A stretch of 64,000 bases of DNA from Hydrolagus colliei (taxonomy: Eukaryota). Position 1 is the stretch's first letter. Each line of letters starts with the position of its first letter. The notes below the pieces were generated by a model, which worked only from the letters and a program-made list of their open reading frames with translations, was not told the DNA's origin and made no database searches. This document shows, one piece after another, positions 13,871 to 26,342 of this stretch. Where the stretch lies: positions 3,906,001 through 3,970,000 of the forward strand of contig CM068757.1 in NCBI GenBank assembly GCA_035084275.1, read 5' to 3'. Made by a program: the position numbers and the translations under genes.

Positions 13871-14086
13871 GCGTTTGGATGCAAATCACATCACATCAGT
13901 GCCTGAGGACAGCTTTGAGGGTCTGGTGCAATTGCGACACCTTTGGCTTGACGATAACAGCCTCACCGAAGTTCCCGTCTATCCACTTAGCAAATTACCA
14001 TCGCTGCAAGCCCTCACCCTTGCCTTGAACAAAATAACGCACATACCCAACTTTGCCTTTGCAAATCTCACCAGTCTAGTTGTTCT
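13871..14086 (+). CDS. LGR4: LGR4 exon 5 (216 nt, three LRRs) [17 protein letters not shown]...NLTSLVVL
   Basis: ccatAG / GTAAGT; inside ORF 13764..14090. Confidence 0.97.
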
Positions 14087-14984
14087 GTAAGTGATCTACA
14101 GGAACCCAGAAATTGTAGAAATATTTACAGCTTATTTTTTTGAATAACACAAAGACTTGAATAAATGGTGAACCCAAATGAACCAAAATTAGTCATCGAT
14201 CACCGACCAGTGCATTGGTATTTCATTTAAAAGTGTCATAAGCAAAACAAATTTACTCTTTAGATTAAAAAAAGTGTTGCACTAACTATTGTGCTAAACA
14301 GTGTTTTTTGGCGGTGATAAGTGGCAATGTTTGATGCTTATTACACCATCATTTGGGGCTCTTAGCTTCTCTTTCCCATTTCATTTTCAATAAAGTAAAG
14401 AATATTCACAGAATTTCTGTACAATTCAATTTGTTTTGTTTAAAAAGTGAGTTTCGGTGCTCAATGCTGCATTATAGCTCCAGGGAATTTGGATGGTTGA
14501 TGTAAATTGTTTCTGCAGTTAAGTACAAGACACATTAGGTGAGTTTGTTAAAAGGCTGTTCAGATAACTCCATTAACTGCCAAGCAATTTTTATACAGGG
14601 TATTCCACAGATCCTACACAATAATGTTCAGATCTACTTTCAGATGACTCTTCTGAAAATTATTTACCACTTATTTGACCAATCTGTATTTGGGGGTGAA
14701 AGTGCGGCATTCATTAACAGGAACCATTGAAGAGGATTCCCGCTAGTAAACTATATGTCTTATCAGCTTGATACTGCTCCGAAACTTCCTCAGAAGGAGG
14801 TCATGTTGAAGTCAGTTTCCCGTAGCTGGGTAATGCACGCCTTATTTGAGACTCTTAAGTACAGTGCTGAAATGATAGATTGGGCGCATTTGCTTTAACC
14901 TGGAAAGTGGTTACTGTTTGCTGTTGGATGCACTTTTTGACATGGATGCTGACTTTGTACTTTGTTCCCTTCCAATTTGTTTAG

Positions 14985-15056
14985 GCATCTTCACAATAAC
15001 AAAATCGATACGATAGACATCCATTGCTTTGATGGGCTTGCCAACCTGGAGACACT
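14985..15056 (+). CDS. LGR4: LGR4 exon 6 (72 nt) HLHNNKIDTIDIHCFDGLANLETL
   Basis: tgtttAG / GTATGT; LRR consensus. Confidence 0.95.
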
Positions 15057-16866
15057 GTATGTACTAACTAACGGTGGTTAACGTTCCCTCACAAAGTACA
15101 GTAACAGAAAAACCTTGAGCAAAAGAAAAGTTGTCGTGTTGCTAAATATAGCGACTTTGATGATGGCAACATGTCACTAGTCAATATACCAAATCGACAA
15201 CTGTCTATTGAGTAACATGAGGAACAATGCTTATCAGGTTATCGATCACTGAATTTCAAGCGGATTTTGAACATGTGCTGAAATGAAACTTTCCTTCTGC
15301 TCAGTGGTGTCTGATGCTTGTCAATGTCATGCTTTATTGGTTCTCGAATGACCTTTAATCTCCCAGTCAGTGTCTAGGAAATGGGCAGGAATGACTTCCG
15401 CTCAAACTAACATTTGCAGGGGGAAAAAAAATCGCTTTTGTTTTCAAATAAGTACATTTCCAGCAGATATTTCCTTTCCATTTATTTGGCTTTTCTCTTG
15501 TGCTTTGTTCACCGCATGTGTTTAAGGGTTTCAGCAATCTATTTCCCTGTTGTATGGTGTTTGTGTGTGTGTGTGTGTGTGGATGGGTGTGTGTGTGTTT
15601 TAGCTGTGAGCTTGTTTGTTTTTCGTGAGCTTTATTCTCTGGTTTGCTATACTTCATTTTCTTTTTTTTTAAATGCCCCTTCTCTGAGCTCCTGATATCT
15701 GCACCATTTGTAAGCAGAGCGATGCATTCCTGCCAATACTTTCATCAGCCCTGAGAGGGAGGTTTCTTATCACCTTTCTCCACCCCCCACATCCCCAAGT
15801 TGACACTGGATCATCGATCATTAGTGCAATTAGGTTATCAAAAATGTTCCATCACTTACTGATCTGGAAGATGGAGGAATTAGATATTACTGTATATACA
15901 AAAGCTATTTACAATTTCACATTTTTAAAACAAAAACAAGCTTTAAAACAATCTGAACCACATTCGGAAAAATGTCGCCAACCTTTCTATAAAATTTGCT
16001 ATTACCTCAGTAGCGTCAGCTCATGTCTGAATGATCACTAGATTTGACAAGTGATTTGTTGGTATTTGGGTTCTTTTCATAGTACGGGCATGTCAGAAAC
16101 TGTCAGTTTTGTCTGTGAACTGTCTGCACTGAAACACTAGTTACATACCCCACTCGGTAACCTGAGCTTCTTGAAATTTGATTTTTCACCTCACAATTTC
16201 TCTGGTGAGACTGGACATTCTCTTTATCGGGTACCCTGGAAACTATTCTCTGCCCCATAGATATTCTTGAGCACAGATATTAACCGAGTATTTACTTGAT
16301 CAGCTTTTAACCGAGCGTGGAAAGGGACTTGTCATCGAAAGCTTTTTGAGTTGTTTTTTGCAATTTGTTCTGTCAAATCTGGACTTTTTGTAAATTACGA
16401 TTAGCAAATTATTTAACTGTGCAATAATTACTTTCCTAATGTGGTTTTTATATATATATTATATATAACATATATATATATATATTAAAAAGACTCCTGG
16501 GGCTTCTTGTCGCTCATGTTGAGTAACTTACGGATCAAAGACAATGCTGACTTGAAAACTTTTGACAGGGGCCTTGTTTCATGCAGCCGTTCCACATAAC
16601 TCAGCCCTGAAAATCAATCTCATTCCTCTTTGCATTGCTCGAGGGCCTGGGTGGCCCCTTATGTTACAGCGAAAGGGTTGACTGTGGCTGTGTAAGAGCA
16701 TTTTTTGTTTTTACATCACATTTCTATAAACAACCTTTCCTTCTCTGTTCCATTGTACACAAACCGATATTGGCTGTTTAGTTTGCTCTCGTATTAGTTT
16801 GTTTTACAGTACATGAAATGCCAGGATTGTTACCTGATGCTTTTGTGTCTGTTATTTCCTCGCTAG

Positions 16867-16935
16867 GGATCTGAACTACAATAATTTGATGGAATTTCCT
16901 GAAGCCATCAAGTTCCTTCCGAATCTGAAAGAGCT
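16867..16935 (+). CDS. LGR4: LGR4 exon 7 (69 nt) DLNYNNLMEFPEAIKFLPNLKEL
   Basis: cgctAG / GTGAGT; 23-aa LRR. Confidence 0.95.
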
Positions 16936-17324
16936 GTGAGTGCAAATATGTTTTATTTATTTCTAGTACTTAGAGCTAATCAAAACAGTCTGTGGAAAAT
17001 ATTCGTAACATTTCAATGGTCATTGCTGGCACTTGTTCCGGTGGCTGGGAAGTGCATTGATGAGGATAAGATAAGAATGGTTTCCGGAGTCCTGGTAAGT
17101 CAGAAACCGATGAAATTAGTGTAAGGTACAGAGGCAAGCGAGTTTGTTTTTGTCCAGCCATTCAATCATTGTGCCACTGCCTGACGATCCCTTTGACACA
17201 GATAGACTATAGGTCTTTAAAAGTGTGAAGCGTGCTCCATGTTTTCTCGACATGGAATGCTGAAGCACAAAGATCTGCTGGTGTCTGACCTGGTCGTAAC
17301 ACCCTGTTCAGTTGATTTCTTTTA

Positions 17325-17510
17325 ACTTGCTTTCCACCAACTGCAATGCCTTCATCTCTGTCTGTCTTCCAAAGCCGCTCTGAACTTAACTCTTTGACCT
17401 CGCCTTCGGTCACCTCCCCTTACATGCCCTGCTCAGTATCCAAGCACCGTCTCCTGTATGAAGCTTTGAAACATTACATGAAGGGAGTTGTACAAATTCA
17501 AGCTGTTCTT
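17325..17510 (+). mobile_element. Degraded L2 3' end
   Basis: ttccaaagccgctctgaact..ctctttgacctcgccttcggtcac...tgaagctttgaaac...tacaaattcaag. Confidence 0.55.
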
Positions 17511-17639
17511 GTGTGTAATTGTAACCCAAAGAGCTTCTAATATCCCGTCCTGTGGACAGAACATTTCTCAGCCCGTGGTTAAAAAAACCACTTCACTTTT
17601 AATTTTCATTTAAGCTGCACATATGGTGATGATTGACTA

Positions 17640-18250
17640 ATTCTGGCAGCGAATTATAAATCATAGGCCGAGCCAAGGCAATTCACCCTGAAGTCCTGCT
17701 TGATGTCGGGAGTGCTGTGAACTGCTGTCTAAGCATGGAATCCACAAGATCCTTCATTGTGCATTACACACAATCTGAACACCGGTGGAATGGAAGTCCT
17801 TTGCTATGGATGTCGGCCATGTGATCGACTGTTGGTGCTCCAATCTCAACAGCCATGATGTGCAGTCATTGACAGCCACGGGCTGTTGGGAACCCTGTAA
17901 CTTGGCTGCAATTGTTCTGGTCTCTTCTGGGATCGAGGGAGATTATATCCTCTCTGGAATTCCGGATTTGGGACATCTTGAACGCAGGTGGACTGATGAA
18001 TATTGTAACCACTGCCGGTGATGTCCAGTAAATCTCCAATAAGACATTGGATCGGCCTCATGGCTAAACAATTTCGAACGGTTGCGTCTTGCACACACAC
18101 AGCAACTCTCATTGCAGATGAAGCTCTCATGCCATACTTTAGATACAGTTCCCTGGTGAGCCCCAACGTCCTGACATACTGCTTCTTTGTTGGTCCTGTG
18201 TAAGACACTCTGACCTTCCAGACCTTGTCCTTTTCGTCTTCCTGAGCACA
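17640..18250 (-). mobile_element. Fossil PIF/Harbinger transposase (HARBI1-like), frameshifted
   Basis: Minus-strand pieces in order: VSYTGPTKKQYVRTLGLTRE, AMRVAV...IGDLLDI, GFP, AVNDCT, GAP...HSKG, FHSTGVQIVCNAQ*RILWI, GSAYD. Collinear with recalled GFP..GAIDCTH..AP..NRKGFHSINVQ.VCD..PGS.HD. Confidence 0.7.
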
Positions 18251-19982
18251 ACCCTTTCTTTACTCGGACTCCTTAAATGATTAGTTGATGACAGCTACTT
18301 TAAGAGCAAAAGGTCGTATTTCTGCCCTGTTGCCTTTTTATATATATACACACATATATATATATATAACATTTATATGTACATATAACGTTTACATGTA
18401 TATATGTAGAAAATTGAGGTGTTATTCCATTAGTACCACTTCTGAGCTGGATTTATAGGTGACATGCGGAGGATATATAAGCATCGGAAATAGTAACATG
18501 GGTTAGTTTAATTGGATCTGTCCTCCACTTTATGAGTTTAATTACTTTTTGCACAGCAGGTTTGCAAACCGATTTCCGACATTGAAGGCTTCTGGTGATT
18601 AGCTCCCCCCACCATCCCCACCCATCGCTTCAACAACAGACGGTTAATTTGATGCCAGTAGCATTGCCGTTTATGGGTTTATTTAGACAGTAATATTAAG
18701 AGCACCATGATCCTGAAGTTTCATTAACCTTTGAAGGAAAGTTAAATGCCCTTTGGTTTTCTGGACGAGATGTGCGAGTTGCTGCTGAATGCTTTGAATG
18801 TGAGAACGCCACTTCCAGCAATTTTACTTTCATTTGCCAGTTGCAGAATTGTGTACCTTAGACCCAGGTCAAAATAGTTTTTAGGCAGTTCCATTAAAGG
18901 TGAGGTATCGCAGAGGATATAAGGCACCATTTCAGGTCTATAAACCCCAACCTTGCATTATAACTGGGCCTGAAGCCAAAACCTGTGATATTGCTTCCCG
19001 CAACCGACAGGTCTGCATGACATAACGAAACACGAGTATGCGGGCCACTTGCTTGATAAGAGGCTGCCTTGTAACCCCATCCTTGAAATGAAATGACTTT
19101 GCCTTGCCATTCCAATACATTGCTGAATTGTGATCTCTCGCTAGTCCCTGGTTTTGACGCATTTTCTCTTAGAATTAGTCTCCCGCACCTTTTCCTTCCG
19201 TGCTGTCCAATCACATATTCCATGTATTGTAATCCCTTCGAGGCTATTGTACGACATCAAATGTCGAACTGTCGGTTTGTTGAGTGGGAGAATCCGCACA
19301 CTTGGCACAATTGCTCAATGCTTGAAGGGAACATTGTGTGCCTTGTCCCTTCGCGTGCCAAATAATTCAGATGTTTAATTTATCAACTCCACAAGTGCTT
19401 TAGGTACACAAGAAACCAGTGGTAATGAAATATACCAGGATCCAGCGATTAAGTGAAACGTTACCGAGCCAGAACATGAGCAACTTGTAACTGACGAGTC
19501 ACGGCAGAAAGCGAACCATGCATGAAACTTTAGGGTGGGGATAGGAGTCCGATTGTAATAGATAACAGCTGGCTGCACAGGACTTTGGATGGAAAAACAA
19601 ACTGTTGAGTTAAATAGCAGGAGGGGAACAGAGATGTATTGGAAAGGGGTGTGGGTTCATGTGGTAGCATAAACACTGGCACGGACGAGTTCAGCCCAAT
19701 GGCCTATTTCCGTTCAGTATCACTTTATGTAAATGTAGAAGAATACATTATCTACCTACTGGTGTGTGGGTTTGCTGCAGTCGTTGAGAGGTTGTGGAGT
19801 TCAAAACCGATCCAAGCAGGGACATAAATAAAATTGTCATTTTAGTGTGCAAGTTTCCTCCCAACATAAAAGTTGGATGAGTCTATATGTCTAAAGTTTG
19901 GAGTAAAAAGCAACTGCGTGCGTGCAGCTTGCCTGCAGTTCAGGGAGTTTAAAACTGATCAGTGTTTTGTTTCTTGTTGCAG

Positions 19983-20054
19983 GGGATTTCATAGTAACAG
20001 CATTGCTGTAATTCCAGATAAGGCCTTCAGTGGGAACCTTTTACTTCGGACTGT
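19983..20054 (+). CDS. LGR4: LGR4 exon 8 (72 nt) GFHSNSIAVIPDKAFSGNLLLRTV
   Basis: ttgcAG / GTAAGT. Confidence 0.95.
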
Positions 20055-20156
20055 GTAAGTAAAACACATGTTGTTTTCACCCTCCCCTCTCCTGTTGAAC
20101 CTCTTAGCTTGTTGTTTGCTTGTTCATTATTCATGATCGGTCCCTTTGCCTTTCAG

Positions 20157-20228
20157 ACACTTGTACGATAACCCGATCTCTTCTGTGGGGATTTCTGCTT
20201 TCCAAAATCTGTCAGAACTACAATCTCT
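20157..20228 (+). CDS. LGR4: LGR4 exon 9 (72 nt) HLYDNPISSVGISAFQNLSELQSL
   Basis: ctttcAG / GTAAGT. Confidence 0.95.
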
Positions 20229-21124
20229 GTAAGTGTATCTTCATTGGTTCAGTTTCCATATGCTCTGTTTCCATTATAATTGTGACACTTTGACATTATT
20301 TATGAAAAGCCAACCTGTTGTGAAATGGTTTGACTGTTCTGTTGATCTATACTATATGGGCCAACAGAAAGCCAGATATGTATTGTAGTGCTTAATGTGC
20401 ATTTGCTCCCCCCCCCCCCCCCCCACATTACATGATTATCCCTGCGTTAACCTGTAAAATGATTGGACCACTTTTATTTTGTTAGTACAAATCTTAGTTC
20501 CTATTGCTGTATTTATCGTTAGGGTTTAGTCATTTCATAACCTCAGGGAATACTTTGAATATTCGAAATAAACGTTCACAGTAGGTAGAAATACTGCAGA
20601 CGTGGAAGGTTGTAGATGACTAAGGTATTCAAAAGAAGGAAGGATAAATAAATGGTAAGTAAGAATATGGAGGCAGGGTAATGGATTGAAAGAATGTTTT
20701 CTTGGATGTTTGAAATCAGAGGAATGTTAAGGATATGGGGAAGCTAGCAGGAAAGTGGGATTAGATCAAGTGGCTCACATAGATAACATCAGTTCAGACT
20801 TGAATGGCTGAGGTTCTGTCCAGCTTTACACTTAATGAAGTAGTTGGACCAGCCCAATGGGCTCTGGTGCAGATTACTTCCTTCTTCTAAACGATGACAC
20901 AGATTATACTGTGCTAGGATTCTTGCTTTCACATTGAGGGAAAAAAATAGATAGTGCTTTGAACTACATCTATTTCTTTGAAATAATTGTGTATACTTCC
21001 TCACCAAACAAAGTGATTTGGCTTTATACACGTGAATAGAGATTAGCTTCAGGTTGAGTATGGTGCAGACTTATTCCCCTCTTGCCCAGTGTCACTGGCC
21101 AAAGTCTAGTGATACTTAACAAAG

Positions 21125-21182
21125 AATGCTGAAGCTAGCATGATATAATGGCTTTGCAGGAACAGTAAATCTCGAAAGACCT
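21125..21182 (+). pseudogene. LGR4: Decayed relic of LGR4 exon 10 (pseudo-exon)
   Basis: Reads M-L..E-A-S-M-I-*-W...G-T-V-N-L-E-R then GTAAGT; expected exon is (V/M)(I/L)RGASM..FPNLTGTVHLESL, 69 nt. Here about 58 nt with TAA at 21146-21148 and indels. Confidence 0.75.
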
Positions 21183-21559
21183 GTAAGTGCCTGGATCACG
21201 ATAATGAGGGATTTCTGGTTTTTGGCTGCACACCTACAATTTAAATCTACTTCAACTTTGCAACAAAAATTGGTTTCCATGCGATCCATTTTTAACTCCT
21301 TGCTATTGGAAACCGATTTTAAGAGGTTTTGTTTCTGCACAATTGATCTTTGAGGAATCTGCTGAAGTGGGAACAGTGAGTTAATCCCCTGATCAAGCAT
21401 TAATTAGAAGAGAATCATAGAATCCTACAGCACAGTAGAAGGCCATTTGGCCCACTGCTTTTGGTTCTTTGTATGGAGCAGCGATGGACATGACACGGCC
21501 CAGAGAGAAATTAGGAAATGTCGATGTAACCCCTTTATTTGGTATTTTTTTTGATGCAG

Positions 21560-21631
21560 CACTTTAACTGGAACCAGAATAAGCAGAATCCCACCTGACC
21601 TGTGCCAACAACTGAAGATGCTACGATTTTT
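21560..21631 (+). CDS. LGR4: LGR4 exon 11 (72 nt) TLTGTRISRIPPDLCQQLKMLRFL
   Basis: atgcAG / GTAAGT. Confidence 0.94.
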
Positions 21632-22402
21632 GTAAGTTTACACTTTGTATCGTCCAAACAAACAGCTAAAGCAGAAAGTTACTTGGTAGAGTGCAATTAT
21701 TGCAAAGTGTAAAGTGCACGATGAGCTGCAAAAGTTTGTAAATATTGTCTGAATTAAAGTATTTTAAGGTGACGGTTCCAACTGTGAGAGCCAAGTTAAT
21801 TGCCTGAGGTTAGTGGGAGGAGTGGTGAGGTTTCAGTTGAATTCAGGCTAGCCCTGCATTAAGAGGAGCTGAGCCACTGAGGCAGTTCATTAAGATAGCA
21901 GAGAATGTAATGCCCTATTCATAGAATAATTTTTTTTATTGTGGGGACGAGGGAGAGGGAGAGACAGGAAGAAACACCACCTAGTCCACGGATACTTTCC
22001 ATATCCCACAGACTAAATACGTACTGTTTCCGATCAGCATATAAACCTTTCAGTAGGTTCGCTTCAGAAACATTTTCCCGAAATTTACATTTCTTTTAAA
22101 TCTATGCTGGAGGGGACTTAATTTCACAATATAAGATGTGTTGAATATTTAGCAAGTATTTCTGAGGATTAGGAGGGTAATACCAGCATTTACAAATCCT
22201 GTGAACCTGATCTGAATTGCCCAAGAACTCCCAAACTTTACAGCATCGCGCTGACGAGAATGCTCTGTATATTTTGCTTTGAAATCCCATTTAGTATTGA
22301 TTGATTCAAGCCGCAAGCAAGCCTTAAAGATGTGTGTGTGTGTGCATGGACACTTTTTTTAATGTGTATTTTTTTAAAAGAAAAACTTGTTATCCTTCTC
22401 AG

Positions 22403-22468
22403 GGACTTGTCGTACAATCAGATAAAAGAGCTACCAAGTTTTGAAGGCTGTGCAGCACTGGAAGAAAT
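22403..22468 (+). CDS. LGR4: LGR4 exon 12 (66 nt) DLSYNQIKELPSFEGCAALEEI
   Basis: ttctcAG / GTGAGT. Confidence 0.95.
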
Positions 22469-23154
22469 GTGAGTTGTTGGGTTTCTCTTTGACCTGCTAA
22501 CTGAGCTGGCAATTATAAAGCAAGCTTTATGCTCCAATCCTTTCATCTGCGAACCTGTGCCTACAGCGCCTGAAATATTGCAAGGAATGTGGATGAAGCA
22601 TTTTATTTAGAAAGTTTGCTTAACATGGATATACTTACAGAGGTGTTAACACAGCTGGTTTCAATTTCTTTTTTTAAAAAAAATTATTACATTCTTATCA
22701 CTCCTCAGGGTACTTTGCTAATGAACTAGTGTTTTTTTGGAAACAAATAAACGAATTATTGAATTTTTGTAACTACTCTCTCCTCTGGGACATTGAGTGC
22801 AGCTGGTGTTCACATTAGGAATACTGCGTGTTAGCAGAAGTGTTAATACGCTTATCATTTAAAAACACCCATAGCCCATTCCATATATTGGCATTGGCAG
22901 GTCTTTGGTGGATTTGCAATATTAATAATAATAATAATATGAGGCCGCACGTTTGTTTTAGGGCCTTTCACATTGCTAGCGAGTTCTTGATGTGCTTCAC
23001 GGGATGTACTGTAAAGCACACAGTAGTTGTATATTTTTGTAGGCAAACGTATTAGTATCGCAAGCCAGCAAGTCAATATTTGTGTACTCCTGCCGTTCAT
23101 TATATCAGATCAAGAACGCAGCTCCACTCAAAGAGTTATAACCATACATCGGAT

Positions 23155-23500
23155 TAACAGCAACAAAATTACACTAGAGCGCGTTTCACGTCAAGAGGAT
23201 GGCCCAAGGCACTGGACAGTCATTGTTTCAGACCCGAGCTGGGGTTGGGGACGGGGAGGCTGGAGGGAAAGGGGGGATTTGGGGTGACCAATGGGACTGT
23301 TGAAGAGAAGGGTCTTGAGGCGGTATTTGAAGGAGGCTAGGATGGAGGGACGGAGGGTTGGAGTTCTATAGAGTGGCCGAAGGCTTGCCCGTCAATGGTG
23401 GGTCGGGGGACATGGAGCAGGCCGCAATCTGCTGAGCCGGGTGGGGGGGGGGGGGGGGGGGGGGGGGCAGGTTGGTAGGGGATTAGGAGGTCGCATATTA
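23155..23500 (-). mobile_element. L2 LINE 3' end
   Basis: gagcgcgtttcacgtcaagaggatggcccaaggcactg tail; gaagagaagggtcttgaggcggtatttgaagga (FKxxLKTxLF on minus). Confidence 0.75.
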
Positions 23501-26342
23501 ACATATAATGGCTGAAATAAGCTTAACAACAAAACTTAATTATTTGTGAGAATAACAAAATGGTATTTATTTTGCCAATGATTGTTTTTAAATGGACTGA
23601 TTTTTATTATGGAAGCTGTGAATGTTTTATGCCTCAAAACAAATGTTCAGGCGAGAAACTTAAATATTTTTGTACAATCTGAAGGCCTTGGAATATTGGA
23701 CTGGTAAAACTGATAGCTGAGAAAATCTTTTGACGTGTTTGCTGTTGCTGCCCTTGCTACTCCCAGCCAGCGTGAACTAATTTTAGGAATTAAGCTGTCA
23801 ATTCAGGAGCCACAGGCCTGTGCTTGTCGTCAGTCGGTCTGGTAAAATAAAAGCTGTTCACATTAGCTGCATAGTTGAAATGAAATTAAATATGTTTTGC
23901 CTTAAAACATTCAGATTTGAATTTCTTAAAGCAGGATGTTGTGTCTTACACAGCCCCCCAAAAACTAAATTCAGAGAATGGAGCAGGTTAAAGCTTTGAA
24001 TTGCATGAACTAACTTGAATCCTATCGGTATCCACAATGGAGGCTTGAGTGCAATTCACGCATGTGGAGTGGAGCTCCTTATTTCCTGATGAAAGCATCA
24101 AGCAAGCGATAGCATCCGAAAGCGGTGAAAGATAATGGGGAGAAAGAAGGGAGGAGAAAACCGAATTGATGTTGAATGAGCATAGCACAGCAATAATAAT
24201 AATAATAATCATGAGTAAGTGAGGACCTCAAAATTAGCACAGAGTGTTTGTGTGAGGGGGGACGGTGGGCGGGGGGGGGGGGGGTCTTTTTGTTTTCCCC
24301 GCTGTCTCTTGTCTTACAATATCTTTAACATGCTGCATTCATTACAAACTTCATATCTAGCCTAGCTAAAAGATTGCAGGTAGGAGTGGTGCAGACAGAT
24401 GGATACTCTTCCCATTGCCCCGTGCTTAGCACCGTGCCTTTTTATAAGTCCTTGAGAGGCATTTATATTATTGTTTAGCGTAGGCTGGCTCCTGCCATGT
24501 GGCAAAAATTAAGTGAAAGTCTTTTCGCTCTTCTCTTTTGAGTTGGATTCCTATTTTTTTATATACAGTTCTAGTTTTCCTACTTTTTTTTAACGTCAGT
24601 TTTCTATCCATGTGGTTTCTACCTGAATTTCCTTTTCACTTTCACTTGACGGTATATCCTGTGAAGCGCTTCAAGATGTCTAGAGGACGTGAAAAGCGCT
24701 ATATCAAACGCAAGGATTATTATTATTTGTTTGATTTGTTGATTTACGCTCCTTTGGACGCTACCACACCTGAAGGGCGCTAATGGAAGTTGTTGTTCGC
24801 TATGGGGTAAAAATATCTTTGCTGGGTGGGTGGAGGGGGAGCGGGGGTTAAGAGAGAGAGAAAGAAAAAGCCTCCAGTCTAAACCATGGTTAGCACGAGC
24901 AGGTAAAGGGGGGCGGGGGGAAAATCCCAGGCAAAGTATGAGCGGAGTTTCTTTTCAAACTATGTTATCTGTATACGGGCTGCAGGGTTCTCAGTCGGAT
25001 TTCAATGAAGTGCAACCGTGGATGCAGCTGCCTGGGTGGCCAAACCCCAGCTCTGTGAAGTAAAGCCAACTTTTTTTAATTTAAACCTCTTTTTTTCGTT
25101 TCCCGTGCATTGTTTTCAACTTGAATGTCATTTTCGCATTTGATTTGCTGTTTTGCTTATTCCTGGTGATTTAATAATCCTTCCCCCGACACAACCTCTG
25201 CCTGCCCAATCTGAGTATCCATCAGTTTATTTATTAGCTTTATTCTTTAATTCCAGCAGTCTCGTTGCCCCGCGTTTTTTTTTTTGTTGCCAAAGGAGGT
25301 AGGAGTTTAACCGTACCTGGACAGAATAATACAGTTCAATGGTAACTGCCAGCTGTCAGTTACCTTTCAGAATAGACTGAGGCCATTTGTCCCATCAGAC
25401 TGGTGCCATCACCTCTAATACAACCTTCTAACTAATCTAAAGTTGGCTAAGCAACTGGTTTCAGGAAAAAGCCGCCAACAATTGGCTAGAGATGCCCACA
25501 GATTCCACTCTCTGAAGAAGGTTGTGTGCGCTGTCCTGTCCTGGTATTGTTTGCCCTCTGATTTTCTCTAAATTTCAGCGAGTGAATAGTCTCGAGCTCG
25601 GCTGTGATCGAGAACTGCTGTTCTTAATCAAGCAACGTGCTGCAACCACAGAGTGTGGCAACACCTCCGTGTGTGATTCATTTTAACAATAATTTACATC
25701 TTCCGCCTGAGTTACGGACATAAGTCAACTTCAGTCTGGTGAAAGACTAGGCCAAACGTTTTTCTTGGGGAAAATATATACTTATAGATAGATTGGGTAC
25801 AACAGAAATGCCAAACAAAAGCAAAGTACAATGCAATCTTTTCCATTTTTCGTTTCTCCTCCGACATATAAAAATAAATTGTTGTTTATGGTACATCTCT
25901 TCACCGCACACACAGCCCGTGCACGTGTATTTTTGGAAAGCTCCCTTTAAAACAGTTGGACGCACACCCTGAGAAGGCGCATATGTTTACCGTATGTCCA
26001 TTTTCAGTGTTGCTTTGCTGTGGAGTTGTATAATGTATCTAAATGAAAAAGAGCTGGACTCGGGCCAGTCTACATGCCTGCAGTGAAGTCCTCTTTTATT
26101 GTATTGCAGAGTGCCAAAAATTTACTGGCTCTTGTAATCGGTCACCAGCACAAAACTTTACATGACCAGCTGCTTCCACAGCTCCTACGAGCCACCAAAA
26201 TAGACTCCGGTCTAGTATTTCTGACAGAAGTTTATTTTTAAACCAATTATGTGATTTAATAGAAAAGATGATTCCAAATCATTGCAAACAATAATTCTAC
26301 ACTTTGCTTTCAGGCGTCTCGAAGATGTGATAAGGTGCTATG

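Noticed and set aside
23443-23467. Long G-run as a functional G-quadruplex (also about 40195-40216 and 24268-24284)
   Set aside because: Homopolymer expansions mostly inside L2 remnants, with unreliable lengths; nothing indicates function
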